A stretch of DNA of 64,000 nt from Azolla caroliniana (GCA_043228905.1 JBHGNT010000006.1:9486001-9550000), one strand, 5' to 3'; numbered from the stretch's first letter, positions 26,357-39,880 are shown. Notes: generated by a model not told the origin, from the letters alone. Numbers and translations are program-made.

Positions 26357-28326
26357 GGCCTTAAGTTTACCTGATGCACCAAGCTCACTGCAAGAAACCC
26401 TACAATCAAATCAAATGAACAGGAGAAAGAAAACAGAAAAGCCAATGGAATCAGACTGTCAAAAATCCTATGAGAGCTATCCTTTATGTGTGTGTGTCTC
26501 AATTTCTATGAGATCTTGTGTTTCAGACTGTCGATGAATCAATGAAGATGAGATCCAATCTAAGAAGAAGATAAATAAGAAGAATGGCAGGGGTGATGAT
26601 GGTGATTGATAATTAAAATAACTTTTTGTGTCTGACAGCAAACACTGTCTCTTTTCTGACCATGTTTTCAGTACACTACTTCATCATCATGTTGGTTGGA
26701 AATTGGAATCTCCCCACGGACCACTACTTTGAAAACAGATATTTATGACACTAGAAGAAGAGAGCCCTTGAGAAGAAGAAGAAGAAGACATGTTTGAAGC
26801 CATCTCTACAGAGTAAGAGCCAAAGATACAACATATTCATAATAATAGATGTAAACGAGACTTCCAATTGATCCAAAACAATCTTCGAATGCTCCCTATT
26901 ACCGAACTTTTGGTATTATACAAAGGTTGGATTGCTCACGACCAACCGATTTGGATGCCACGCCTTCCAATAACCATGTTATGGGTGCCATCAGGTCGTG
27001 AGTTAGGGATGAGGAAGCACGTGTGTGGGAAGATGTTGGCATGGGGAGGTGTGGCATTGGGTGATGATCCCAATGTGTGTGACTGTGGGAGACTATGAAT
27101 CCAAGGAGATTGTTTGTACATGGTGGCCAAGGAGGGACTTAAGAGGCAAGGTAGACATGGACATTACGGATCAGAGTGGAGTTGATGGGGATAGTCTGTG
27201 AAGAGTCCAATAGTGAGGGATGGAGATGAGTGGGCCAAAGAACTACAACGATGTGTGGTGTATTGCGGAATGGGAAGCCATGTGGTGATGTGGTAATATC
27301 GCAAGGTAGAAGTCAAATAGGAGGGAATGAACTAGCACTTTGGTAACTAGTTGTGCTCCAATATGACATGTAATGATGTTCAAGAGGTGTTGTAGGGGAG
27401 GATAGATTTAGAGTTGTGTTGTGGCACGAGTGGGGAGGAGATGAAAGTGGTGTAGATGGTGAGCAAGAAATGTTGGAGAAAGAGATGTTGAACAAACCTA
27501 GAAGGATTAATCATTGTTTGTCATCACTACCATGGTCCTCGTGCGAGATAGCATTGGGTTGTGATAGCATGTTATCTTGGAGTACTCACGCGTACACTTC
27601 TTCAAACAACATAATCATGTACTTGCACTTTCTCTAGTATTACACAAAAATGTGGCAATGTCATGATGTAGCATGTCGAACGTGGGAAATGCGGGTGAAA
27701 ATAGGATAAGAGATGGGGTGAAGGCACAGAGAAGGAAGGATGTTCTTCCTTGACAGAAACGATGTTGGTGCTGCTATGTTTGCAAAAGGATAGAAGGTCG
27801 AATCGAATATCGGCCTATGGCACAAGCGGATCAACCACATCAACTTCCCAAGGATTCAGGAGATGCAGTCGACACAAATAGTTTTCGGCTTGCCGAAATT
27901 CAGTGGCTGGAAGAGCCAGTTATGTGAAGCATGCCAACTTGGGAAACGACATCGTCTTCCTTTCCCCAACGAATGAAATTGGAGACAAAATTAAGTTTGA
28001 TCTAATCCATTCAGATGTCTAGGGACCTACACAGAATGTGAGCATTGGTGGGAGCTGATATTTCATTCGACTCACTTGAGTCTTCTTAATCGAGAAGAAA
28101 AGCGAAGTCTTTCCTTGTTTTTTGAAGCTCAAAAACCTACTTGAAAGGGAGACTGGAAGAAAGATCAAATGTTTAAGGTCTGATGGCAGAAAAGAGTACA
28201 TTTTTTACCAGTTCATGGGTTATCTACAGAAGGAAGGAATCCGAAGAGAATTCTCTTGCAGATGCACGCCATAATAGAACGGCATGGCCGAAAGATAGAA
28301 CCGGATGATAGCAGAAGCGACTAGAG

Positions 28327-28769
28327 TGTAAAAACGAAGGTGCGAAAGTGTTAGACAACCGGCTTAGCCGGATAGCAACAAAGAGAGAGAGAGAGATTAT
28401 CACACAGAAGGTACACAGGAGAGACAGAGAAAAAGCAGAACAACTTAAATCTATTATCAACAACTCTGTAAAATTCTCTGTGTATACAACATGCTCAACA
28501 ACACTATTTATACAAGTCCTAAGAGGACTGATAGAAGTACAATGTACTTCAATGCTCACACGAGCGTTTGACACTAACTACGAGACATTAATTGCCTAGT
28601 AGACTAGGCTGCTACTAGGCTTCCGGTTACTGCTTGATCCGGCTAATTGGCTCCCCAACTCATTTGCTCACTTGCTCACTGGCTCACCGATTCGGCTCAT
28701 CCTTCTGGACGCCGATCCGGCTCAGGCTTATTCAGCCGATCCGGATCCGGCTGAGCTTGCCGCTCAACA
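28327..28769 (-). repeat. 3' LTR of F
   Basis: Near copy of 46781-47194; PPT (ctccccctcaag on +) adjacent. Confidence 0.93.
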
Positions 28770-29184
28770 CTCCCCCTCAAGCTCAACTTGAGGTCGGATT
28801 GTAGTGTCAGTGTCCATGGAAACCGGTCCTTCCACCCAGCTCCTTTTGGCGTCACTCCGCCTCACTCGGGCTCCTCGTCCCGTCCAGTCCCGTTTGTTGC
28901 GACCATTCTGATTCTGCGCACCTCGACCTCCTCGGTCGGCTGGTCTGCCCAACAGGCCCAATTCAGCTCCCTCACTGTTGTGACTTTGGCACTTGCCGAT
29001 TCGCCGATTCCTTCATGTTGACGTCGACTTTCGTTGCCTTCTCGTCCTCTTGGCCTTGAATTGATCCGGTTCTTCCGAATCCGTATGTTGAACCGAATCA
29101 GTTGTCTCTAATTCATTCCAGCTCTTGTCCGAATCAGTTGCTCCCGATTCGTCTTCCAATTCCAGAGCGAATTGACACAGAAAT

Positions 29185-32100
29185 ATGGACGAATCGTTTG
29201 GCGGCATGTTTAAGCTCACCGGCTCCAACTATTCGATATGGAAGTTGAAGATGAGGGACATGCTCGTGGTTAAAGACCTCTGGCTACCGGTTCAGTTTGG
29301 GGACAAGAGACCGGACAAAATCGACGCCGCGATATGGGAGGTAATGCACATGAAGACAACGGCGTACATACGGTGGTTCATCGACATGAGCCTGTACAAC
29401 AACTTCAATGAAGAGAGCAAGGCTCATGAGCTCTGGGAGAAGATCGGCATAATGTTTCAAAACAAAAATGTTGTTAATCAGGTTTCGATATTCCGGAAGT
29501 TAGTAAGACTCCGGTACCAAGATGGCTCCAGCATGGCGGAGCATATGAATGCCTTCCAGGGGCTGATACACTAGGCAACGTCATTGGAAGTACCTCTTGC
29601 CGATGAGGTACTAGCGCTACTCCTGCTCGGTTCCCTCCCGGATAGCTGGGAGACGCTGGTTGTCACTTTGGGCAACGCCGGGCCGGAAGGAAAACGGTTA
29701 TCCCTAGCAAGAGTGAAGTCGAGCTTGCTAGATGAGGAGGCGCGTCGGAAAAACAAAGATACGAGCTCTGACTCCAAAGCGCTCCTTGCCGAATCGGAAC
29801 GCGGAAGACAGAGAAACCGTAGTCCCCAGAACCGGGAGAAGTCGGGGACACGGTCAAAGTCAAGGGGGAGGCCTACTTGCTTCTATTGCGGCAAGCCAGG
29901 ACACTTCCAAAAGAACTGTCAGCATTTCCGTAAAGACAAGGAAACCGACGGTACCGATTCGAAGCAAACCCCGGACTGGAACGGTAAAGATCGGAGGGGG
30001 CCGGACCGGAAGGGAACGACGGCAATCGCGGCAAGTGAAGAAGAGTTGATGCTCATCACCGAGGACTGTGAGATAAACCTTGCCGGTGACGAGATGACCT
30101 GGGTGGTAGACTCCGGAGCATCGTTCCACCTTACCCCGGACCAAAAATGTATCTCATCCTACTCAGCCGGTGATCACGGCTGTGTCCGGATGGGGAATGA
30201 AGGTACATGCCGAATTGTCGGCATAGGAGATGTGTGGCTGACAACACCAACCGGATGCAAGTTGCTGCTGAAGGATGTCCGACACGTTCCGGAGGTTCGA
30301 CTGAACCTGATATCAGCCAGTCGGCTAGATGATGAGGGCTACATGGGTAGCATCCGGAACGACGTCATGAAGTTCAGCAAAGGGAGCCTGATTGTGGCTC
30401 GGGCCTGGAAGGTAAACACTCTGTACCTGATGAATGCCCGGTTATGCCCTGAAGAACTGAACGTGGCTTCCGACACTGCCGGTGAGCTGTGGCACAAGAG
30501 GTTGTGTCATATGAGCGAGAAGGGGATGAAGAGGCTTGCAGACGACAACCTCATTCCAGTGAAGAACGTGCACTTAGAGAAGTGCACTGATTGTCTGGCC
30601 GGTAAGCAGAACCGGACCTCCTTCCGACCAAGGCCACCGATGAGACGTAATGCACCACTGGAGTTGGTGCATACGGATGTGTGTCAAGTAGACACGAAGT
30701 CACATGCCGGAGCGCAGTACTTCGTGACGTTCATAGATGACCAGAGCCGGAAGTTGTGGGCCACACCGTTGAAGACCAAGGATCAGGTGTTATTTGTCTT
30801 CAAAGAGCTCCACACGAGAGTGGAAAGAGAAACCGGCCGAAAGCTGAAGGCGGTTCGAGCAGATAACGGAGGAGAGTACCGTGGGCAGTTTGAGGAGTAC
30901 TGCCGCTCAAAGGGAATCCGGCTCGAATTTACTGTGCCAAAGACGCCGGAACTAAACGGACTGGCCGAGAGGATGAACCGGACCATAATGGAGAGGGTCC
31001 GGAGTATGCTAGCGCATGCAAAACTACCCAAGAAGTTTTGGGTTGAGGCATTGTCGACGTCAACGTACGTGATAAACAGATCACCCTCAGTACCCTTGGA
31101 CGGAGACACGCCACAGAGAGTATGGACCGGTAAGGAAGTATCCTACCGGCATCTGAAGGTGTTCGGGTGTCTCGCGTACGTGCATGTAGCAAAGGACCGG
31201 AGAGGAAAGTTAGATCCAAAGACCCAGCCATGCATATTCCTCGGTTACGGTGACGATGAGTTTGGCTACCGAGTGTGGGACCCGGTCGACAAGAAGGTAT
31301 TCCGGAGTCGAGATATTATCTTCATGGAGGACAAGACGCTCGCCGACTGGGAGTCGGAGATGAAGTTAATGAACTCCGAGTCGACCGGTAAGGATAGACT
31401 CTACGATGAGCAGACCCAACCTGCAAGAGACCGGTTAGCACTCGAGGAACTAGCCGGTTACGGTGAGGATACCGAACCGGCAGAAGAAGAAGTAGATGAA
31501 GCTGAGACCGGAACCGGCCAAGACCCCGAATCAGATTCGGATGAAGAGCAAATGGAGGAGCCGGCTACCGAAGCCCAAAGACGGAGATATCCTCTCAGAG
31601 AGAGAACGGCCCCCCGGAGATTTCCGGATGAAGAGCATGTTTTGCTGACCGATGAGGGGGAGCCGAAAAGCTTCAAAGAAGCGGAGGATGACACCCACAG
31701 CCGAAAATGGTTAAGGGCCATGCAGAACGAGATGGATTCCCTGCATGAGAACCATACGTACGAATTGGTGGAGTTGCCGAAAGGAAAGCGGGCACTCCGA
31801 AACAAGTGGGTGTACAAGTTGAAACCGGGAGATGCCGGCAACCCCCCGAGTTACAAAGCCAGGATCGTGGTGAAGGGGTTCCAGCAGAAGAAGGGCGTGG
31901 ACTTCAACGAGATATTTGCCCCGGTAGTAAAGATGACCTCCATTCGGACGGTGCTGAGTATAGCAGCAAGCATTGACCTCGAGGTAGAGCAGCTGGACGT
32001 GAAGACGGCATTCCTTCACGGCGACCTCGAAGAGGAGATCTACATGCAGCAACCAGAAGGATTCGTGGAGAAAGTGAAGGAGCACCTGGTATGCCGGTTG

Positions 32101-33231
32101 AAGAAGAGCCTGTACGGACTGAAGCAGGCTCCCCGTCAATGGTACCGGAAGTTCGACTCCTTCATGACCGATCAAGGGTACCACAAGACGCAGGCCGATC
32201 ACTGCATGTTTGTGAAGAAGTTCGAAGGAGACGACTTCCTAATACTCCTTCTGTACGTGGATGACATGTTGATCGTCGGACGTGACCAAGTCAAAATACG
32301 GATGCTGAAGAAGGCTCTCAACCGGACCTTCTCAATGAAAGACTTGGGTCCGGCAAGACAGATGTTGGGGATGCACATCATTCGGAACCGGTCAGCGAAG
32401 CAATTATGGCTGTCACAGGAGAAGTATGTGACAAAGGTGCTTTACCGGTTCAACATGTCAGAAGCGAATCCGGTCGGATCGACACTTCCGGCAAACTGCA
32501 GGCTTTCCAGCAACCAAAGCCCGAAGACGAAAGCAGAGAAGGCGGATATGATGAAGATTCCATATGCCTCTGCCGTCGGGAGCTTGATGTACGCAATGGT
32601 TTGTACTCGACCGGATATAGGATACGCAGTCGGAGTGGTGAGCCAGTTCATGAGCAATCCCGGCAAGGAGCACTAGAACGCGGTCAAATGGATACTCTGG
32701 TATTTGAAGGGCACTTCAAACATGTCTCTCCGATTTGGCTCCGGGAAACCTCAACTTGACGCTTTTACCGATTCGGACATGTCGGCTGATGTGGATACCA
32801 GCCGGTCTACATCCGGGTATGTAATGACATATGCAGGGGGAGCTGTTTTGTGGCAGTCAAGGCTGCAGAAGACGGTTTCATTGTCAACCACAGAGGTGGA
32901 GTACATGGCAGCTCTGGAAGCCGGCAAGGAAATATTATGGATGAAGGACTTCATCGGAGAGCTCGGTATCCGGCAAGAGGAATACCGACTCTATTGCAAC
33001 AGTCAAAGTGCCATCCACCTTGCTAAGAATGCGGCCTACCATTCCCGGACGAAGCATATCCAGCGGAGGTATCACTGGATCCGGGAAAGAGTAGATGACC
33101 AGGAATTCGCACTGACGAAGATTCACACGGCCGAGAACGGGTCAGATATGATGACCAAAGTGCTGACACCTGACAAGCTGAGCGCGTGCTGGAAGAGGAT
33201 CGCACTGATAAGACACTGCATGCCGGAGTGA
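29185..33231 (+). pseudogene. gag-pol: gag-pol polyprotein of E2 (gag, CCHC, PR, INT, RT, RH) with in-frame stops at 29572 and 32674
   Basis: 1030-aa ORF with CFYCGKPGHFQKNC, WVVDSGAS, LWHKRLCH, PELNGLAERMNR and YVDDML; RNase H ORF 32704-33231. Confidence 0.95.
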
Positions 33232-33260
33232 AGGGTGAGTTTGTTCGGAGACAAGTCCCT

Positions 33261-33430
33261 CCGGATGAGGAGTACCCGGCTTACGGAGAGCCGGATGGTG
33301 CAGACCTGGTATGAACCGGATGAGGAGTACCCGGCTACGGAGAGCCGGATGGTGCAGACCCGGTATGAACCGGATGAGGAGTACCCGACTACGGAGAGCC
33401 GGATGGTACAGACCCGGTGAGAACCGGATG
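33261..33430 (+). repeat. Three about 54-bp tandem repeats in U3 of the E2 3' LTR
   Basis: Unit ccggatgaggagtacccggctacggagagccggatggtgcagacccggtatgaa. Confidence 0.9.
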
Positions 33431-35085
33431 AAGAGACATATTAGTAAATATGTTTCTGATAGTCCATCGCGGCTACATTTGTAAATAGCTGAAAAGTCAT
33501 ATTAGTATAAATATGACTTAGGGCAAACTTTTAGAAAATGTTGTTGTTGTTGTTGTGGTGTTGTCATTTTCTTGTTGGTGCAAGAAGAAGAGAGAGCACG
33601 TAACAGTGTACAGAGAGAGAGAGAGAGAAAGAGGTTGCTGCCTCTGTTGTAACCGCCGCTTGTGGCGAAGATCGTGAGCAGAGGTCGTTGCCTCCGTGAA
33701 CTCACTGTTTGTACATTCCAACGTAGTGATAGTTTGCAGCCTGTGTGGGCTGCCGTGGTTTTTCCCCTAGTTTGGGGTTTTCCACGTAAACCTCCTGTGT
33801 ATCTTCCTCTTCTTTGCGTCGTGTTTTATTTCCCGTTTTTTGTGTATCATTCTAAGCTCGGTTGTGGCCGAGCGTTGCGCATAAGGAACGTTGAGTTCTC
33901 GACACAACGGTAGCGCACTGGTATTCAGTTTCAGTGCTCGAAAGGGCCACTGTTGGCTACTTTTTGCTGCTCCACGCAACAGTCGCACTACCAAGGGAAA
34001 ACATATAACCGGAGGTGGATCGACGACTTGATGCATCGCCGGCCCAGTCGGCATCGGTGTAGTCGACAAGCTCTTCGGTTATACCATGCCAGTATAACAG
34101 TTTCCGGTCCTTCGTGCCGCTCACATATCGCAAAATTCGATGCGCGCATAGAAGGTGTTGCACGGTCGGCTTCTGCATATATTGGTTGATCACGCCAACC
34201 GGATAACTAATGTCTGGTCAGGTGATTGTGAAATATATAAGGCTTCTGACAATTTGTCAGAACCGCTTCTCATCGCAGGCCGGTCTGGAGTCGGCATGGA
34301 GCTTCTGGTTCCGGTCCAGGAGTGTGGAGATTGGTCGGCATTCCGTCATGCCGAACTTGTACAGCATATTCAACACATAATGTCTTTGTGAGAGCAATAT
34401 GCCGTCGGGTATTCGGATCACCTCGATCCCAAAGAAATAGTGAAGGTCCCACAACTCCTTCATCTCAAATGCGTCCAACAGTTGGGTCTTGACTCGACTG
34501 ATTTCACCGAGTCCGGGTCCGGTGATGACTAGATTATCAACATACAACAAGATGCAAACCGGACCGTCTGAACCTTGCCAGATGAACAATGAAGAGTCGG
34601 ACTTGGAGGCCGCAAACCCCATCTTACGCAACCGGTGTGTGATCTTTGCATTCTAAGTTCGGGGGGCTTGCTTCAGGCCATAAAGTGACTTCTTCAGCCA
34701 GCATACCACCGACTTGTTCATCTCCGACTGGAAACCAGGGGGTTGGGTCATAAAGACCTCTTCTTCAAGATCTCCTTGAAGAAATGCATTCTTCACGTCC
34801 ATCTAGGGAAGATGCCACCCCCTTGCCGCAACAACCGCCCGCACCACACGAACCGTTGTCATCTTCGCTACTGGAGCGAAGGTCTCGTCGTAGTCAATTT
34901 CATGGGTCTACGCGTATCCCTTCGCCACTAACCGAGCCTTGTACCGGTTAACCGAACCGTCTGCATTGTACTTTACCTTGTACACCCACTTACATCCAAT
35001 CGGTTTATAGTGTCGGGGAGGGGCAATTATGTCCCATGTGTCGTTGGCATCAAGTTCCCACATTTCTTCCTCCATAGTGGCACGC

Positions 35086-35197
35086 TGTCGCGTTGTTACG
35101 CACGTGCGGGGTCTTGGACTAGAGAGGGATGGAGCGTAAGACGTCGTGCTTCACTGCTTCTGGGGCATCTCAGAAACATACCGGAAGCAACCGAAGG

Positions 35198-35252
<55 letters not shown>

Positions 35253-35843
35253 CTTAACACCGACTCACGCGCGCACACACACACACACACACACATGTAC
35301 AGGAAACGCAGGGAAAGAGGGGAGCACCCGACACCAACAAGACGCCAATGTACACAGACAGACGCAAACGTATATGTATATATATATAAGAAGAATACAC
35401 TCCCGGCTTCGAGCTGGACCAAGATAGTTTACAATAGTCGTCTGCTGTCAAGCCGCCGTCGGGGAGCTCTTGGGCTCGTCGCGCCGAGCGGGGTCTTGCA
35501 TAGGAGACAAGCTGCAGCCAACCCTAAACGAACACGAAGGGGAAGAAGAAGAAGCAGAAGAACCCTAACGCTAAACCTACCGGTATAGCCTCTAATCCAA
35601 AATGGGCAACCCTTTTACAAAGGGCGTTCCCTCCCTTTTATAGAACAAGGAGAGGGATGCATTACAATGTGGGACTAATCCCGACTTCCATGGGATTGTC
35701 TGTCCCAACTTGACTACTCTTCGGCGCCATAAAGGCGCCCTCGATATTCACACCAATTGTACATGGGTGCGTACACACGCTGCCCCCCGCCGATGTAGAC
35801 AATGTTTCCCGGTTTCCACCTCTGGCCGAAATTCTTCACGACA
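35086..35843 (-). repeat. 3' LTR of H with (GA)n, (CA)n and (TA)n microsatellites
   Basis: TG...CA; minus-strand TATAAAAGG near 35635; near copies at 39173 and 60504. Confidence 0.93.
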
Positions 35844-36884
35844 TCCGCCCCCACCTAACTGCACGTCCACCGGTACGTGCCAAATCTGGCTGAAGGGTGA
35901 GAGATTTCGGCCGGCGAGAAACCGGTTTCCCGTGATCCGCATCTCGGCTCGCTGCCGGTTTGATCTGGAGGCTTCGAGTCTTCCTTCGCACTCGCCTCCC
36001 CGTAGGCTCGTTCGATGGGTCCTCTGCCGCGATCTCCGTAGCACGCGTTCTTCCGTTGGCCCTTGTTCGGCCGTATGAACGCCCCGCTTCCCGCCGTATG
36101 CCCGATGTCCTCCGCTAGAGGAATGCCCGTGGCAGCCCGCTTGGCCTCCGTTGTCGAATCGTGATGTCCCGTTGGTGTTTCGTGTCGCCTTCGTCCTTCC
36201 GCCGCCACCTTCCTTCTCCATGGTCTTACATCGCCGCGTCGGCTCGGACCGCCATGGTCTTCGGAACGGTGTGGAAGATCCCTTTCCGGCCTTCTCCGCG
36301 CTCGCCTTTTCGCTCCGGCACCTCCGTGTGCCACCTACCCTCGTCTGATGTTTGGCACTGCCCATGTTGCACTCCTCGTCGGCCCCTTTCCGGCATGATC
36401 GTGCATCGCTGTTCTCCCGCATACCAGTGTCCTTTACATCCAAGGAACACCCCGCAGTAGCCCGCTTGGCCCTTCTCGTCGTCGTGCTGCTGCAACAGGT
36501 CTTGAGTCCTCCGCTTGTCGTCGTCCCCTCGCCCCCACCAGCTTGTCACCCCGGCTTGCCGTGTCAGTCTTTGTTACTTCGACGGAGCTACCAAGATCTA
36601 CGAAGCGAGTGTGGAGGATCCTCCTCCGGCCTCTCTTGCCATCCTGACTCCGACCCTCTGCAGTCCACTAGGCACTTGTCCCTTTGTTCTCGGCACCTCC
36701 CTTGTGCCGTCTTCCGCTTCCTTCGTTCGGCCTCGCCCGCGCCGAGCACCGTCCCGTAGTCACACTTCGATCCGGCCCGTGATGGCCATTTGCGAGACTC
36801 TTGTTCTGTTCAAGGTGTGCCTTTCCGGTCTGACACACCTCCCTGTGTTTGCCCTTATCGGCTCCTTCCGATACCTCGTGTCAT

Positions 36885-37420
36885 CGGGTCCCGTTCCCTG
36901 CCGCCATCGTCCTTCTCCCTCGGTCTTACGGTGCCACGTTGGCCGAACTGCCGGAGCCTCCGGATCGGTGTGAGGGTCCCATAGGACCGGACTCCGTTTC
37001 TATGCTTGCCGAAAGTCGGGTGCCTTTTGTTTGAGTCCCTCCCGGACTCTCCTCGTGCCTTCCGCGTAGCGGGTCCCGTTTCCCGCCGCCACCAACCTTC
37101 TCTCTCGGTCTCATGTTGCCACGTTGGCCGAACTGCCGGAGTCTCTGGTTAAGTGTGGGGATCCCGTAGGACCGGACTTCCTTATGCCCATTGTCTTTGT
37201 CACCTCGCCGCCACCGTCAGTATCTTGGTCTTACGTTGACCGCGTTGCCGACTGCCGAAGTCTATAGAACTGGTGTGAAGGATCCTCCGCAGACCGCCCT
37301 TCCGTAGCCCTTGCCTTCGTCACCTCGCCGCCACCATTAGTATCTTGGTCTTACGTCGACCGCGTTGTCGACTGCCGAAGTCTCTAGAACTGGTGTGAAG
37401 GATCCTCCGTAGACCGCCCC
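36885..37420. repeat. Degenerate tandem repeats in the internal region of H
   Basis: Pair at about 36885 and 37072, and an about 120-bp pair at about 37190 and 37310 (cacctcgccgccacc...gaaggatcctccg). Confidence 0.8.
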
Positions 37421-37680
37421 GATCTGTCTTCCCGACCCTTGCCCGGGTCGTCCTTTTCCTCATGCCGAGAGGGCGGTTTACTCCGCACCCTCTCCCGTGG
37501 TACCAACGTACCGTGTCCTCGGCCTCTTTGTAGGCCTGCTCTCTTCCTCCCTCCCGGAATGGTTATCCGGGAGTCCGCTCCGCCCAGTTCTCGTCCGTAA
37601 TCTCGACCTTCGCCCGGTCGGTCTTTCTCCCCATGTAAAAGAGGGCGGCTCGTCCCGCACCCCCTTCCGTATCGGCACTT

Positions 37681-39135
37681 TCATGCCGACTCCGGCCTCG
37701 AACGAACGATCCACGACCGGATCACGCTCCACCCGCATCGGAATGCTGATCCCCTCGTTCCGTGTCCGTCCTCGGCCTCCTCGCAGGCCGTTTCCCATCC
37801 GTCTTCGCTGACATCGTGCCAGGACTCCTCGGTACCGCCATCCATCTCCTCGGTCTTATATGGGCATACGGGCCCGAATGCCGAGCTCTCCGGAATTGGG
37901 TCCGTGGGCTTTCGTCCGCTCCTTCCCCGTATCGTCTCGTCGGTGATTCTTGGCCCTCCGCCGCCGCCTTCCTCCGCTTGGGACTCACGTGGGTACTCGG
38001 GCCCGACTGCCATCGTCTTGGGTGCAAGTGTGGGAAGACACAAAGAATCACCCGTCCGTTTTACGCCCTTGTTCGTAGCCACCGGCTCTCCGTGGTCGGT
38101 GGTCAACCTCTTACCGATCGCGCAAGCCCCGTCTGGGCTTGCTTCTCCAATGACCGGGATCTCGGGCTGACATGCCCGAAACCGTTGGTCCCAACGTCCC
38201 GGTTCCTCGATCGGTATCTCGGCCTCATCCTTGGCCGTTCTATTTCCGCAAGTCGAGAGGGTGGCTCGTCCCGCGCCCTCTCCCGTGGTACCGTGGTACC
38301 CTTCTCTTTCGGCCTCCTCATCCTCCGATCGCCTCTGGCCCGACTCCATAATAAGCCCTTCTTTGGCTTCGGTTTTCCCCTCTTCCTCGAGCATCGCTTT
38401 GAGAGCTTCGTACGCCTCCGCAATCTTGGCCCCAACGCCGACCCTTGCTGACTCTCCCTGCCGTTCGGCCTCTTCCCGCTGTGATGGCACGCCGTCGCGT
38501 ACCTTCCTCTTAGCCTTCTCGGCTCGCTCTTTGTCTAGCCTTTGGCACACCCTTCCGACCTTCGACCAGTCCTCCATAAGCCCATTCGCTCCATCACCGT
38601 CTTCGAGCTCAATCTCGATGGCTTCCCGTTCCGCCCGGTCAATCGACCTGACGAACAAAAGGACTTTGTCTGCCCCCACCAAACCTTGTTCCCGCTCTGG
38701 GAGCCGAGCAAGTCGTCGCTCGAACTCCCGGAACGCCTTCGTCGCACCCCGGTGGGTCTTTGCCGATGTTACCCACTGGTCGAAGTGGTGTCGTCCCCGG
38801 CTCTTCCGCCATCCTCCGTATGCCTTTTAGAGCGCCTCTTCGAAGGTCTCCCATGAACCACGAGCCTCACGAAGCTCCATTAATTCCGCATGCATCTGGA
38901 CAGCTACGACCCGGCAGAAGAACTCCAGCCTCAACGCCTCGTCTACGCCACGCTCTTCCATTTCCACGTTGTAGGCTTCCAAGTAAGATGGAACTTTGTC
39001 CCCGTTGAAACGGCCGACTCTTTCGACCACTCACCCAATCGCTTGTTGCGCTGCTTCTCGCCTCATCACCACTCGTGCTGACTCCAACACCACTTCGGCC
39101 ACCATTTCCGCAATGTCGTCGTCTTCCGACTCCAT
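37681..39135 (-). pseudogene. gag: Gypsy-type gag of H with a charged low-complexity extension; one stop and one frameshift
   Basis: MESEDDDIAE...VGRFNGDKVPSYLEAY...DKVLLFVRSID; parallels the gag at 40517-41491 (IGRFSGKDTTSYLEAY). Confidence 0.75.
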
Positions 39136-39151
39136 CCTCCCTTGCCGCCTT

Positions 39152-39168
39152 TCACGTCGGGTTCACCA
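39152..39168 (-). promoter_or_regulatory. PBS complementary to the 3' end of tRNA-Trp (TGGTGAACCCGACGTGA)
   Basis: Matches the plant cytosolic tRNA-Trp 3' end UCACGUCGGGUUCACCA as recalled; lies 4 nt from the LTR; recurs at 41511-41527 and 62210-62224. Confidence 0.85.
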
Positions 39169-39302
39169 AAGATGTTGCGTTGTTACGCACGTGCGTGGAG
39201 AAAGGCGGGACCACAGGGGTCTTGGACTAGAGAGGGATGGAGCGTAAGACGTCGTGCTTCACTGCTTCTGGGGCATCTCAGAAACATACCGGAAGCAACC
39301 GA

Positions 39303-39351
<49 letters not shown>

Positions 39352-39880
39352 CTTAACACCGACTCACGCGCGCACACACACACAGACACATGTACAGGAA
39401 ACGCAGGGAAAGAGGGGAGCACCCGACACCAACAAGACGCCGATGTACACAGACAGACGCAAACGTATATGTATATATATATATATATAAGAAGAATACA
39501 CTCCCGACTTCGAGCCGGACCAAGATAGTTTACAACAGTCGTTTGCTGTCAAGCCGCCGTCGGGGAGCTCTCGGGCTGGTCGCGCCGAGCGGGGTCTTGC
39601 ACAGGAGACAAGCTGCAGCCAACCCTAAACGAACATGAAGGGGAAGAAGAAGAAGCAGAAGAACCCTAACCCTAAACCTACCGGTATACCCTCTAATCCA
39701 AAATGGGCAACCCTTTTACAAAGGGCGTTCCCTCCCTTTTATAGAACAAGGAGAGGGATGCGTTACAATGTGGGACTAATCCTGACTTCCATGGGATCGT
39801 CTGTCCCGACATGACTACTCTTCGGCGTCATAAATGCGCCCTCGATATTCACACCAATTGTACATGGGTGCATACACACG

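Larger units (their letters stand above)
29163..33904 (+). mobile_element. Copia E2; 5' LTR and most of the PBS deleted; 3' LTR 33242-33904
   Basis: Only CAGAGC of the PBS remains at the junction; gag-pol follows; PPT; 3' LTR TGTTCGG...CTCGACA. Confidence 0.95.

Noticed and set aside
33261-33430. Regularly spaced repeats as a CRISPR-like array
   Set aside because: Head-to-tail units without unique spacers, inside a copia LTR; no cas genes; eukaryotic context
35010-35588. ERERER/THTH-repeat proteins (also at 39142-39638)
   Set aside because: Translations of (GA)n and (CA)n microsatellites within LTRs
39152-39168. tRNA-Trp gene or tRNA fragment (also at 41511 and 62210)
   Set aside because: Only the 3' 15-17 nt including CCA, positioned next to LTRs, so these are primer binding sites
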